45,564 nt of DNA from a candidate division WOR-3 bacterium (GTDB taxonomy: Bacteria > SDB-A). Position numbers and translations under genes: made by a program. Below the pieces are notes generated by a model. That model did no database searches. It was given only the letters and a program-made list of their open reading frames with translations, and was not told where the DNA came from. Shown here piece by piece: positions 9,849 through 17,475 of the stretch; the first letter of the stretch is position 1; each line of letters begins with the position of its first letter. The DNA lies in the NCBI GenBank assembly GCA_016934535.1, contig JAFGSQ010000008.1:1-45564 (forward strand), given 5' to 3'.

Positions 9849-11052
9849 AGACGTTTTCTCCCGTCTTCAGACTTCCTTCCAAATAACTCTCGACAAGTTT
9901 TTCAGGCGTTTCGATAGGAGCTCCGACGACTACTTCAATTTCCATTTCGACGAAAAGGGACCTAGCCTTGTTCCCCATTCCTCCGGTTATTATTGTTTCT
10001 ACGCCTTTTTCTCCAAGCCATTTCGGCAGAAGACCCGGTTCGTGAGGAGGCGCAGGAACATCTTCCCTGTTCGTTATTTTTTTGGAGGTCTTGTCTGCGG
10101 TGATTATGGCAAAAGTGTCGCAATGCCCGAAATGAGCGTTCAAAAGACCGTTGGCAACGGGAACGGCTATTTTCATAGTTTCCTCCGCGGTTGTTTGTAA
10201 TTTTTCTATACCGTTGGTCAAAGTATTATTTATTATAATTTTTTCAGCAATGGCCGAAAAAAGGATTGCCGACTGCGAATGTTCCAGTCTTTTGACGAGA
10301 GGAAGACCTTCGTCGCCTGAGTCCACAACAGCCGGATCGATTGGAATGCTCCCCAGATAAGGCACTTTAAATGCTCGCGCCGTTTTCTCTCCGCCTCCCG
10401 TTTTAAAAATGTCGGTTCTCCTGCCGCAATGAGGACACACAAAACCGCTCATGTTTTCTATGAGACCTGTGACAGGAAGTCCCAGTTTGACGCAGAAATT
10501 CAGAGATTTTCTTACATCGGCTGCGGCGACTTCCTGCGGAGTTGTCACGACAACAGCTTCGACACCCGCCCCGAGAAGCTGAACCGTCGAAAGAATTTCG
10601 TCTCCAGTTCCCGGAGGACAGTCTATTATTAGAAAATCGAGCTTTCCCCATTTTACGTCTTTGAGGAACTGTTTAATCATTCCCGCTTTCATCGGGCCTC
10701 TCCATATAACCGCGTCGTCAGGTTTTTCAAGAAGAAATCCTATCGAAATTACTTTTAAATTTTCGATGTCTCCTAATTCAACGGGCAGTATTTCATATCC
10801 GTCGCTGACTGCCCTCGTCTGGGTCATATCAAGCATTGTCGGAATACTCGGCCCGTGAATGTCGATGTCGAGAAGACCGACCTTTTTGCCGAGCAGAGCG
10901 AGTGACAAGGCTAAATTCACCGACACAGTGCTTTTCCCTACACCGCCCTTGCCCGATAAAACAACTATTTTTCTGTCAATTCCGGATATTTTGTCTCTGA
11001 GCGCTTTTTCTTCGTCGTTATTCACAGTATTTTTCTGCATAGCGTCTCCCAT
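9838..11052 (-). CDS. mrp: Mrp/NBP35 Fe-S carrier ATPase fused to a C-terminal NifB/NifX (MTH1175-like) domain (MrpORP-like)
   Basis: Motifs SGKGGVGKS, DIDIHGPSIP, WRGPM, DCPPGTGD and ENMSGFVCPHC, followed by a MKIAVP..HFGHC..GGMG..NVCDH domain. The start could be 11040. Confidence 0.92.
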   Translation of the reverse strand: MGDAMQKNTVNNDEEKALRDKISGIDRKIVVLSGKGGVGKSTVSVNLALSLALLGKKVGLLDIDIHGPSIPTMLDMTQTRAVSDGYEILPVELGDIENLKVISIGFLLEKPDDAVIWRGPMKAGMIKQFLKDVKWGKLDFLIIDCPPGTGDEILSTVQLLGAGVEAVVVTTPQEVAAADVRKSLNFCVKLGLPVTGLIENMSGFVCPHCGRRTDIFKTGGGEKTARAFKVPYLGSIPIDPAVVDSGDEGLPLVKRLEHSQSAILFSAIAEKIIINNTLTNGIEKLQTTAEETMKIAVPVANGLLNAHFGHCDTFAIITADKTSKKITNREDVPAPPHEPGLLPKWLGEKGVETIITGGMGNKARSLFVEMEIEVVVGAPIETPEKLVESYLEGSLKTGENVCDH

Positions 11053-11897
11053 AAATTAATTATTTCCCTGACACAGGCGCCTTCTCCGTATTCAACAACA
11101 GTCCTGCCGTTCACCTGAGCTTCCGTTACATTTTTGTCGTAATGTATTTTACCGCAAAAAAAGACCCCCGAGTCAACGCAATATTGTTCTATTCCGCGTG
11201 TCTTCTCAGGATTTATGTCCCATTTATTCACGCATACGTAAATAGGTATTCTGAAATGTTTCGCGAGGTCTGCCACCCTTTCCAGGTCATGTTCTCCGGA
11301 CAATGACGGCTCAGTCACAATGAGCGCCGCATCTGCGCCTGTGACAGAAGCTATTACGGGACATCCTATGCCGGGCGGCCCGTCCACTATTATCAGTTGC
11401 GCCTTTGATTTTTCAGCTTCCTCTTTCGCTTTTTTTCTGACCAGGCTGACAAGTTTGCCTGAATTTTCCGCTCCGCTGTCAAGTCTGGCGTGAACCATTT
11501 TTCCGCAAGACACTTCGGACACGAACCATTCTCCGCAATCTCTTTCGGGAAATCCGATCGCTTGAACCGGACAAAAACGGACGCAGACTCCGCATCCTTC
11601 GCAACCTGTTTCGGCGACACTGTATTTTCCGGTTTTTTTATTTAAAATGACGGCTTCGAATTTACACAGCAATTCACATTTCCCGCACGAAATACATTTC
11701 GCAGGGTCGATGACTGCCAGATTTCCGCTTTTGAACCGGCCCCGGGAGATCGTTTTCGGATTCAGCACAAGATGAAGATCGGCTGCGTCCACGTCGCAGT
11801 CGGCGACGACGACGTTTTTCGATAAAAATGCGAAGGAAGCCGTAAGGCTGGTTTTTCCTGTGCCGCCTTTTCCGCTTATTACAACTATTTCTTTCAA
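11022..11897 (-). CDS. MinD/ParA-like P-loop ATPase with inserted 2x[4Fe-4S] ferredoxin (ORP-complex ATPase type)
   Basis: Motifs SGKGGTGKT, DCDVDAADL, CISCGKCELLC, CEGCGVCVRFCP, ENSGKLV and DGPPGIGCPV. Confidence 0.92.
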   Translation of the reverse strand: MKEIVVISGKGGTGKTSLTASFAFLSKNVVVADCDVDAADLHLVLNPKTISRGRFKSGNLAVIDPAKCISCGKCELLCKFEAVILNKKTGKYSVAETGCEGCGVCVRFCPVQAIGFPERDCGEWFVSEVSCGKMVHARLDSGAENSGKLVSLVRKKAKEEAEKSKAQLIIVDGPPGIGCPVIASVTGADAALIVTEPSLSGEHDLERVADLAKHFRIPIYVCVNKWDINPEKTRGIEQYCVDSGVFFCGKIHYDKNVTEAQVNGRTVVEYGEGACVREIINLWETLCRKIL

Positions 11898-12742
11898 AAA
11901 TATTTCCCCTTGAAACGAGCCGCAATATCATCAATAATTTTTATAAATTCATTTTCAATTTCCGGAAGGGCGTCCAAAATGCTTTTTCCTCTTGAACAGG
12001 CTTCGGCTATTTTTCTGTCTTCCATTATTTTCATCAATATTTCGATTCCTTCTTTTTCACAGAACTCTTCGACCCCTTTATAGTTTGAACCCCAACGGTT
12101 GATTATGACTCCGAAGGGGATTTTCATTTTCCTGACTGTCTCAGCCGCGAGGACGAGGTCGTGTTTCCCAAAAGGCGTAGGTTCTGTCACAAGAATCGCG
12201 TAATCCGCTCCGCTGACTGCCGTTATCATGGGACAGGAAGTTCCTGGCGGACAATCTATTAGAGTCAGCCCCTTCGGATTCCCTCGCTTTTTTACCGCGC
12301 GAATGACGGGAGGGGACATTGCTTTTCCAACTTTCAATACTCCCTGTACAAAAAAAACACTTTCCTTGCAGGCGCTTTCCACTTGCCCAATGACCGCTTT
12401 TTTATATTTTATAGCGTTTTCAGGGCAGACGAGAGAGCACCCGCCGCAACTGTGGCACAAATCCTCGAAAACGAGCACTTCTTTTGCAGTGACTGCCAAT
12501 GCGTTGAAATTGCAGAAATCCGAGCACTCACCGCAGTGTGAGCATTTAGTTAAATCTATCGAAGGTACTGAAACAGCGACTTCTTCGCTTTTTAAAGCTC
12601 CTGTGTCTAAAAACAACCCGGCGTTAGGCTCTTCGACATCGCAATCCAAAAGAGTTATCTTTTTTCGGCAAGACAAAGCCAACGCTATGGCCACTGTTGT
12701 CTTTCCTGTGCCTCCTTTTCCCGAAGCAACGGCTATAGTCAT
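11894..12742 (-). CDS. MinD/ParA-like P-loop ATPase with inserted 2x[4Fe-4S] ferredoxin (partner subunit)
   Basis: Motifs ASGKGGTGKTT, DCDVEEPN, CSHCGECSDFC, CHSCGGCSLVCP, DCPPGTSCP and TEPTPFG. Confidence 0.92.
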   Translation of the reverse strand: MTIAVASGKGGTGKTTVAIALALSCRKKITLLDCDVEEPNAGLFLDTGALKSEEVAVSVPSIDLTKCSHCGECSDFCNFNALAVTAKEVLVFEDLCHSCGGCSLVCPENAIKYKKAVIGQVESACKESVFFVQGVLKVGKAMSPPVIRAVKKRGNPKGLTLIDCPPGTSCPMITAVSGADYAILVTEPTPFGKHDLVLAAETVRKMKIPFGVIINRWGSNYKGVEEFCEKEGIEILMKIMEDRKIAEACSRGKSILDALPEIENEFIKIIDDIAARFKGKYF

Positions 12743-13101
12743 ACCCAGTGAGATTCTACGTCCGGATTGTCCGCGGCTCCGAGTTTTCCGTTTTTAAAAT
12801 CATCGAGCGCCTCTCTTACAGTCGGCGCGCTTGAGTGGTAAACGGCAATTCCGGCACTTTTGAGAACGGCGAAAGCTTTTGGACCGGTGTGCCCTGTAAT
12901 GAGTGCGGCGGCTCCTGATCCGGCTATTTTCTGAGCCGATTGAACTCCGGCCCCCTGAACCGCGTTTAGATTTTGTTCGTTATCGAGAACAGTAAAACTG
13001 CCGTCTTCAATGTTAAAAATAATGAAATTCGACGCTCTGCCGAAGCGACTGTCAAGCGGGGAATCAAGATCTTTCCCCGCACAAGTGACGGCGACTTTCA
13101 A
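12739..13101 (-). CDS. NifB/NifX-family (MTH1175/Orange protein-like) protein
   Basis: Motifs MKVAVT, DSRFGRA, QGAGVQSAQ, ITGHTGPKAF and C-terminal VESHW. Confidence 0.9.
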   Translation of the reverse strand: MKVAVTCAGKDLDSPLDSRFGRASNFIIFNIEDGSFTVLDNEQNLNAVQGAGVQSAQKIAGSGAAALITGHTGPKAFAVLKSAGIAVYHSSAPTVREALDDFKNGKLGAADNPDVESHWV

Positions 13102-13421
13102 TTATCGCCCGCCATTTCTTCAAGACGTTTGTTAATCTGGTCCAATTGTGATTTCAGGGCTTCAGCCGTCTGCTTCAGCGAATCTTTTTCGTTTACGGAT
13201 TCACTCGAAAAATTTGATCCGAATTGGCCAAATCTCTGCCATCCCCAAAACATTCTCCCGAAACCTCTTCCTCCGAATCTGCCTGTTCCAAAACCCCTAC
13301 CTTTGCCAAATCCCGCCGTCGTGTTCATGAATCCGGGAACAGAGTAACCCGGGCAAAAGCCCATTCCTCTTCCCGTCATGGGGCCGGCGCCCCAAGGTCC
13401 GGTTCCATTTCCACCTGGCAT
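13098..13421 (-). CDS. DUF5320-type Gly/Arg-rich protein with C-terminal coiled coil
   Basis: MPGGNGTGPWGAGPMTGRGMGFC signature, GRGFG repeats and LKSQLDQINKRLEEM. Confidence 0.85.
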   Translation of the reverse strand: MPGGNGTGPWGAGPMTGRGMGFCPGYSVPGFMNTTAGFGKGRGFGTGRFGGRGFGRMFWGWQRFGQFGSNFSSESVNEKDSLKQTAEALKSQLDQINKRLEEMAGDN

Positions 13422-13450
13422 AAAATCCTCCTTTTTTATTGTTTTTTATA

Positions 13451-13843
13451 TTAACGGCCAAATTTTCTTCTGCCGCCGCACCTGCGCTGTTTCCTGTTGC
13501 GGTTTCCGGCAAATCTGCACCCCGGCATTGAATATTCTATCTTTGACGACCTGTTTGTCCACGCATTGAGTACATCCGTAATGTCTCCGGCGACAAAAGG
13601 AATCAGTTCAATACCTTTGCTTAAAACCTCGCGTGAGCCTTTTTCGGATATCGCACCACATATAAGAGCTGTGACTCCTTTTTCGTATAAAAATCCGACT
13701 TTTTCCTGTACCGTTTCCTGAGACAATGAAAAAAAAATTTTCTCCACGGATCCGTCTGTTTGAAAACTGTACACGACTGCACTTTCGGAAGCGTCAAAAA
13801 CCGGGGCAATCCTGTCATTCCATACTGATATAGCAAGTTTCAT
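13451..13843 (-). CDS. NifB/NifX-family protein with basic C-terminal tail
   Basis: Motifs MKLAISVWNDRIAPVFD, LICGAIS, PFVAGD and MPGC...RRCGGRR. Confidence 0.85.
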   Translation of the reverse strand: MKLAISVWNDRIAPVFDASESAVVYSFQTDGSVEKIFFSLSQETVQEKVGFLYEKGVTALICGAISEKGSREVLSKGIELIPFVAGDITDVLNAWTNRSSKIEYSMPGCRFAGNRNRKQRRCGGRRKFGR

Positions 13844-13854
13844 AAAATTAAATA

Positions 13855-13870
13855 AGCAACACCTATGCCA
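13855..13870 (-). promoter_or_regulatory. Sigma54 (-24/-12) promoter of the ORP-like operon
   Basis: Minus strand reads TGGCATAGGTGTTGCT, an exact GG-N10-GC spacing, directly upstream of the operon and next to a sigma54 activator gene. Confidence 0.88.
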
Positions 13871-13899
13871 ATAACAATTCTTTTCAAATATATTGACAT

Positions 13900-14003
13900 G
13901 TCGCTAATGTGCGATATTTATGAAAGAGCCCCTTCAGGCGCAAAAAGATGGCCGGTGCAACAATGAAACACAATCTGTTTTATTACCGTTGCATTTATGC
14001 AAC
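13900..14003. promoter_or_regulatory. Candidate enhancer (UAS) palindromes for the sigma54 activator
   Basis: GTTGCA-TTTA-TGCAAC at 13988-14003, with related GGTGCA-ACAA-TGAAAC at 13954-13969 and GTCGCT-AATG-TGCGAT at 13900-13915, all upstream of the -24/-12 site. Confidence 0.6.
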
Positions 14004-15349
14004 TAAATTTCCTGTCGCCGCAACTTCTTTTTTGAGGGGAGTATAATGCCGTAATTTTTTACTTTTCTGTAGAAGGTAGTTTTATCTATTCCGAGTTCTC
14101 TTGCCGCGGCGCTTCTGTTGTTTTTGTTTCTTTCGAGTGCACGCATTATAGCCTGTTCCTCTACCATTATTTTCGCCGTCCTTATATCGCCCGATTCCAC
14201 CTGAGGCAATTTGAATTTTGTCAATTCCTGAGGCAGGCATTCAATGCCAATTATTTTCTTGGAACACAGCACGTAAGCTCTCTCGACGACATTTTCGAGT
14301 TCTCTTATATTTCCGGGCCAGTCATAGGTATAAAAAAACGAAAAAACTTCAGGCTTAAATGCTGATATGTTTTTTTTCTGCACTACATTCAATCTGTCCA
14401 AAAATTTCTCGGCGAGATGAGGTATGTCCTCTTTTCTTTTTCTCAATGGAGGCAGTGTCAGCGATATGATGTTCAAGCGGTAAAAAAGATCCTGTCGAAA
14501 TTCGTTTTTCTGCGTCATCAAATACAGGTCACGGTTTGTAGCGGTTATTATACGCGCGCCAGTCTTTACGACAACGTTTGAACCCAGCGGTTCAAACTCC
14601 CTCTCCTGAAGTACCCTGAGCAGTTTAACCGCCAGAGACTGCGATATTTCGCCGATTTCATCGAGAAATAAAGTGCCGTCGGAGGCCTCGGTAATTTTAC
14701 CTGTTCTGTCATTATCTGCGCCGGTGAAAGCCCCTTTTTTATAACCGAAAAGTTCCGATTCGAGAAGCGTGTCCGGTAGGGCGGCGCAATTTATTGCTAC
14801 AAAAGGTTTTTTGGAACGAGGTCCCAAATTGTGTATGGTTTTGGCGAGCACTTCTTTACCGGTTCCTGTTTCACCTTGAATGAGAACCGTGCTTGGACTT
14901 TCCGATATAGCCGGAATGACATCGAAGATGCGCCTCATTTCGGCGTTTTCGCTTATCATCTCTCCGAAAGCCGTTTTTTCACTCAGTTCTTTTTTCAATT
15001 CCGATATTTCGCTCAGATCTCTGAAAGTTTCTGCTCCTCCTATTATCTCGCCTTTTTCGTCATGTAAAAGAGCCGTTGAAACGCTTATTGGAATTTCTCT
15101 GCCATTAAGATCTATAAGGTATCCGGCAATATCTATCAGAGGCTTGCCGTTTTTTATAGTTTTCCTCAACGGGCATTTCGTCTCGCACATGTTGGATTTG
15201 AATACCTCGCAACAATTTTTACCCAAGGCATCGCTCCTTTTTACGCCCGTGATCTTTTCGGCTGCTTTGTTGAAAAATGTAATTTTCCAGTTCAAATCAA
15301 CTGTGAAAACTCCGTCGGATATGCTTTCTAAAATTATTTCATTCATCAT
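14003..15349 (-). CDS. Sigma54-dependent activator, PAS-AAA+-HTH (OrpR-like, Cys-rich PAS)
   Basis: PAS domain with C-x8-C-x3-C (CCEVFKSNMCETKC). Motifs GETGTGKE, ESELFGY..GAFTGA, FLDEIG and WPGNIRELEN. Fis-type HTH. Confidence 0.93.
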   Translation of the reverse strand: MMNEIILESISDGVFTVDLNWKITFFNKAAEKITGVKRSDALGKNCCEVFKSNMCETKCPLRKTIKNGKPLIDIAGYLIDLNGREIPISVSTALLHDEKGEIIGGAETFRDLSEISELKKELSEKTAFGEMISENAEMRRIFDVIPAISESPSTVLIQGETGTGKEVLAKTIHNLGPRSKKPFVAINCAALPDTLLESELFGYKKGAFTGADNDRTGKITEASDGTLFLDEIGEISQSLAVKLLRVLQEREFEPLGSNVVVKTGARIITATNRDLYLMTQKNEFRQDLFYRLNIISLTLPPLRKRKEDIPHLAEKFLDRLNVVQKKNISAFKPEVFSFFYTYDWPGNIRELENVVERAYVLCSKKIIGIECLPQELTKFKLPQVESGDIRTAKIMVEEQAIMRALERNKNNRSAAARELGIDKTTFYRKVKNYGIILPSKKKLRRQEI

Positions 15350-15368
15350 TACTAATACAATATAGAGG

Positions 15369-16958
15369 TTAATTCACTGTTTGAAAAGAGCGGACAAATT
15401 TATTTCCCTCGCATTTCAAGACCGCGAAATAGTGCCCCGGTTTTAAAACACATTCAAACATCAATTCCGTCTCTGTTGTATTCTCGCCCGTAAAACAATT
15501 GACGGCACGGCCTGTCAAATCGTAAACAGACAGTTCATAATCACCCGCATGAGAAACTATGAAAAAAACCTTTCCCCCGTAAACGGTCACATAAAAATCC
15601 GCTTGAACGATATCGCTTCCGAGATTTGTATTTTCCTCAACTGGAGTTGAGCCGTATTCGTATGCTCCTATGTCAATCTGGCCGTCAGCCGGTCTTTCGA
15701 CCGGATTCAAAACCAATTCATGAAGAGGGGGGTGAAACAAAGGGGGAAATAAAGGATTCGGAAACTGAAATCCCTGAGGGCTTGAAGGCGTTTGATTTCC
15801 CTCTCCGACGAGGGGGCTTCCGGGTATAATTCTCAGGTCCAATTCGGAAAAGTTGACAAATCCAGGGTCGCTTCCCTCAATAGTGCCAGTCCACTGGTAA
15901 GGTATGTTCGCGGCGCCTTGACAGACCCAATTGTCACTGCCTGTGATGACGGCTGTATCGTGAACCCACACGGCATCGACTGTCCGAATTATGTCTATGT
16001 TTCCTCCGGGTCTGTAAAACACATTGTTGTGCATTTCAAGGGTTTCAAGCGTGTCGAAGCACCTGATAACGGCGCTTGTTCCGCATATAATTGTGTTGTT
16101 TACGAACCTGTATCTTCCGTGGGTCATCCCCGTTCCGTCACCGCCTATCCTGACGACGTAGAATTCCGGACTGTTGCCGGCTGACGTGGCTTTTTTGACA
16201 AGGACGTTTCCAACGACGTCCGAATCCTCTCTTTTCAGATGAATGTTGCCGGTGTCTCCTCCGTCACAACCGATGAGTTCGAGTTCGTGATAGTATCCTC
16301 CCTCGACCCAGTTGTAGTATATTTCGTTTCGCTCCGCTCTCGATTTGACGTTGTTGCCTCCGTCAGCGTCGTGTATGTAGCAAAACTGCATTCTGAACAC
16401 GCTGCCGGGGTGATGGACTTCGTCCGTAGCCATGTAAATCTGGTGCTGATAGGATCCGTTGCCGCAATTCCTCACTTCTACATATTCCATTGTGCATGAA
16501 CCGGATCCTTGATCGGCCCCGAGAATACCGTGTGCGGGACAATCTCTTACGAGGACATCCCTTATGGTGAGGTCGTCTGACTGGTGATAAATACCTCTCG
16601 ACGAACCGCCTGTCACTTCAAAACCCTGAAAAATGTAATGGTCGGCACCACTTTCATAAGGCCACGGGGAAATAAACGCGACAGTGTTGGTGCCGCCGGA
16701 AACTGTAGGCCTGTTTCCGTTTATCCTGACTCCTATTATGGCTATTTTTTGATCCTGCGTCCCAGGTTCAGTAAAAGAAACGTCTCCCTGATAGGTGTGA
16801 TCGCCGTCGACGAACACTGTATCCCCCGGGCCGAGGATTCCGGTCACCTGAAAGATTTCTGTGTAAGGTCTTGAAGGGCCGACATATATGATTCCTGAAT
16901 ATGCAATGTTCTGTTCAAGGCAAAAGAAAAAAATAAAAATGAATGATTTTAAAGTCAT
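15369..16958 (-). CDS. Secreted right-handed beta-helix (pectin-lyase-like) protein with T9SS/FlgD-like C-terminal domain
   Basis: Start moved to ATG 16958 (RBS AAAGGAGG, then a signal peptide). Beta-helix-like repeats, DPGFV..DLR..SPL..DIGAYE, and C-terminal LSVYDLTGR..GHYFAVL. Confidence 0.75.
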   Translation of the reverse strand: MTLKSFIFIFFFCLEQNIAYSGIIYVGPSRPYTEIFQVTGILGPGDTVFVDGDHTYQGDVSFTEPGTQDQKIAIIGVRINGNRPTVSGGTNTVAFISPWPYESGADHYIFQGFEVTGGSSRGIYHQSDDLTIRDVLVRDCPAHGILGADQGSGSCTMEYVEVRNCGNGSYQHQIYMATDEVHHPGSVFRMQFCYIHDADGGNNVKSRAERNEIYYNWVEGGYYHELELIGCDGGDTGNIHLKREDSDVVGNVLVKKATSAGNSPEFYVVRIGGDGTGMTHGRYRFVNNTIICGTSAVIRCFDTLETLEMHNNVFYRPGGNIDIIRTVDAVWVHDTAVITGSDNWVCQGAANIPYQWTGTIEGSDPGFVNFSELDLRIIPGSPLVGEGNQTPSSPQGFQFPNPLFPPLFHPPLHELVLNPVERPADGQIDIGAYEYGSTPVEENTNLGSDIVQADFYVTVYGGKVFFIVSHAGDYELSVYDLTGRAVNCFTGENTTETELMFECVLKPGHYFAVLKCEGNKFVRSFQTVN

Positions 16959-16986
16959 GTGTCCTCCTTTCAAAAATCTGATCGCA

Positions 16987-17475
16987 TTAAAGTAATATTT
17001 TTTCAAATTTAATTTCGTGAAGCAATGGTATTCCGTCATTTCCTGTCAGCGGTATTTCAGGTTTAAGTTTTCTTGATTCATTAAGTGCATTTTTGTAAAA
17101 AGCAGACATGATAAAGCCGATTTTTTGATAAAATCTCATCGCTTTCGTGTTGTCGTTCGTCGTTATAAGCCACACCATACTGCATTTTTCTTTCGCTGCC
17201 TTGTCAATGATTTTCTCAACGAGAGCTTTTCCTATCCCGCGTCCTTTATCCATGCTGTCAAGAGAAACGATCTCGCATACTTTTCCAACTATTTCGAATG
17301 TCGCTATTCCTTTTATGACGCCTTTTTCGATCGCGACGAAACCTTGGAGGTTTTCAGAGTCGTGAATTTTTCCACATGATACTAAAATCGAAGAGCCCCA
17401 GTTGTCTGAAATGTATTTGACTACAAATTTTCTGTATTTCTCTGATATTTCTATTATTTCAAAAGAGTCTTTCAT
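16987..17475 (-). CDS. GNAT family N-acetyltransferase
   Basis: Motifs KGRGIGKALV and WLITTNDNTKAMRFYQKIGF. ATGA overlap with the upstream gene. Confidence 0.9.
   Translation of the reverse strand: MKDSFEIIEISEKYRKFVVKYISDNWGSSILVSCGKIHDSENLQGFVAIEKGVIKGIATFEIVGKVCEIVSLDSMDKGRGIGKALVEKIIDKAAKEKCSMVWLITTNDNTKAMRFYQKIGFIMSAFYKNALNESRKLKPEIPLTGNDGIPLLHEIKFEKILL

Noticed and set aside
9838-13843. Nitrogen fixation cluster (NifB/NifX-like domains, sigma54 activator)
   Set aside because: There is no nifH, nifD, nifK, nifE or nifN and no radical-SAM NifB. The gene set matches the ORP-type cluster.
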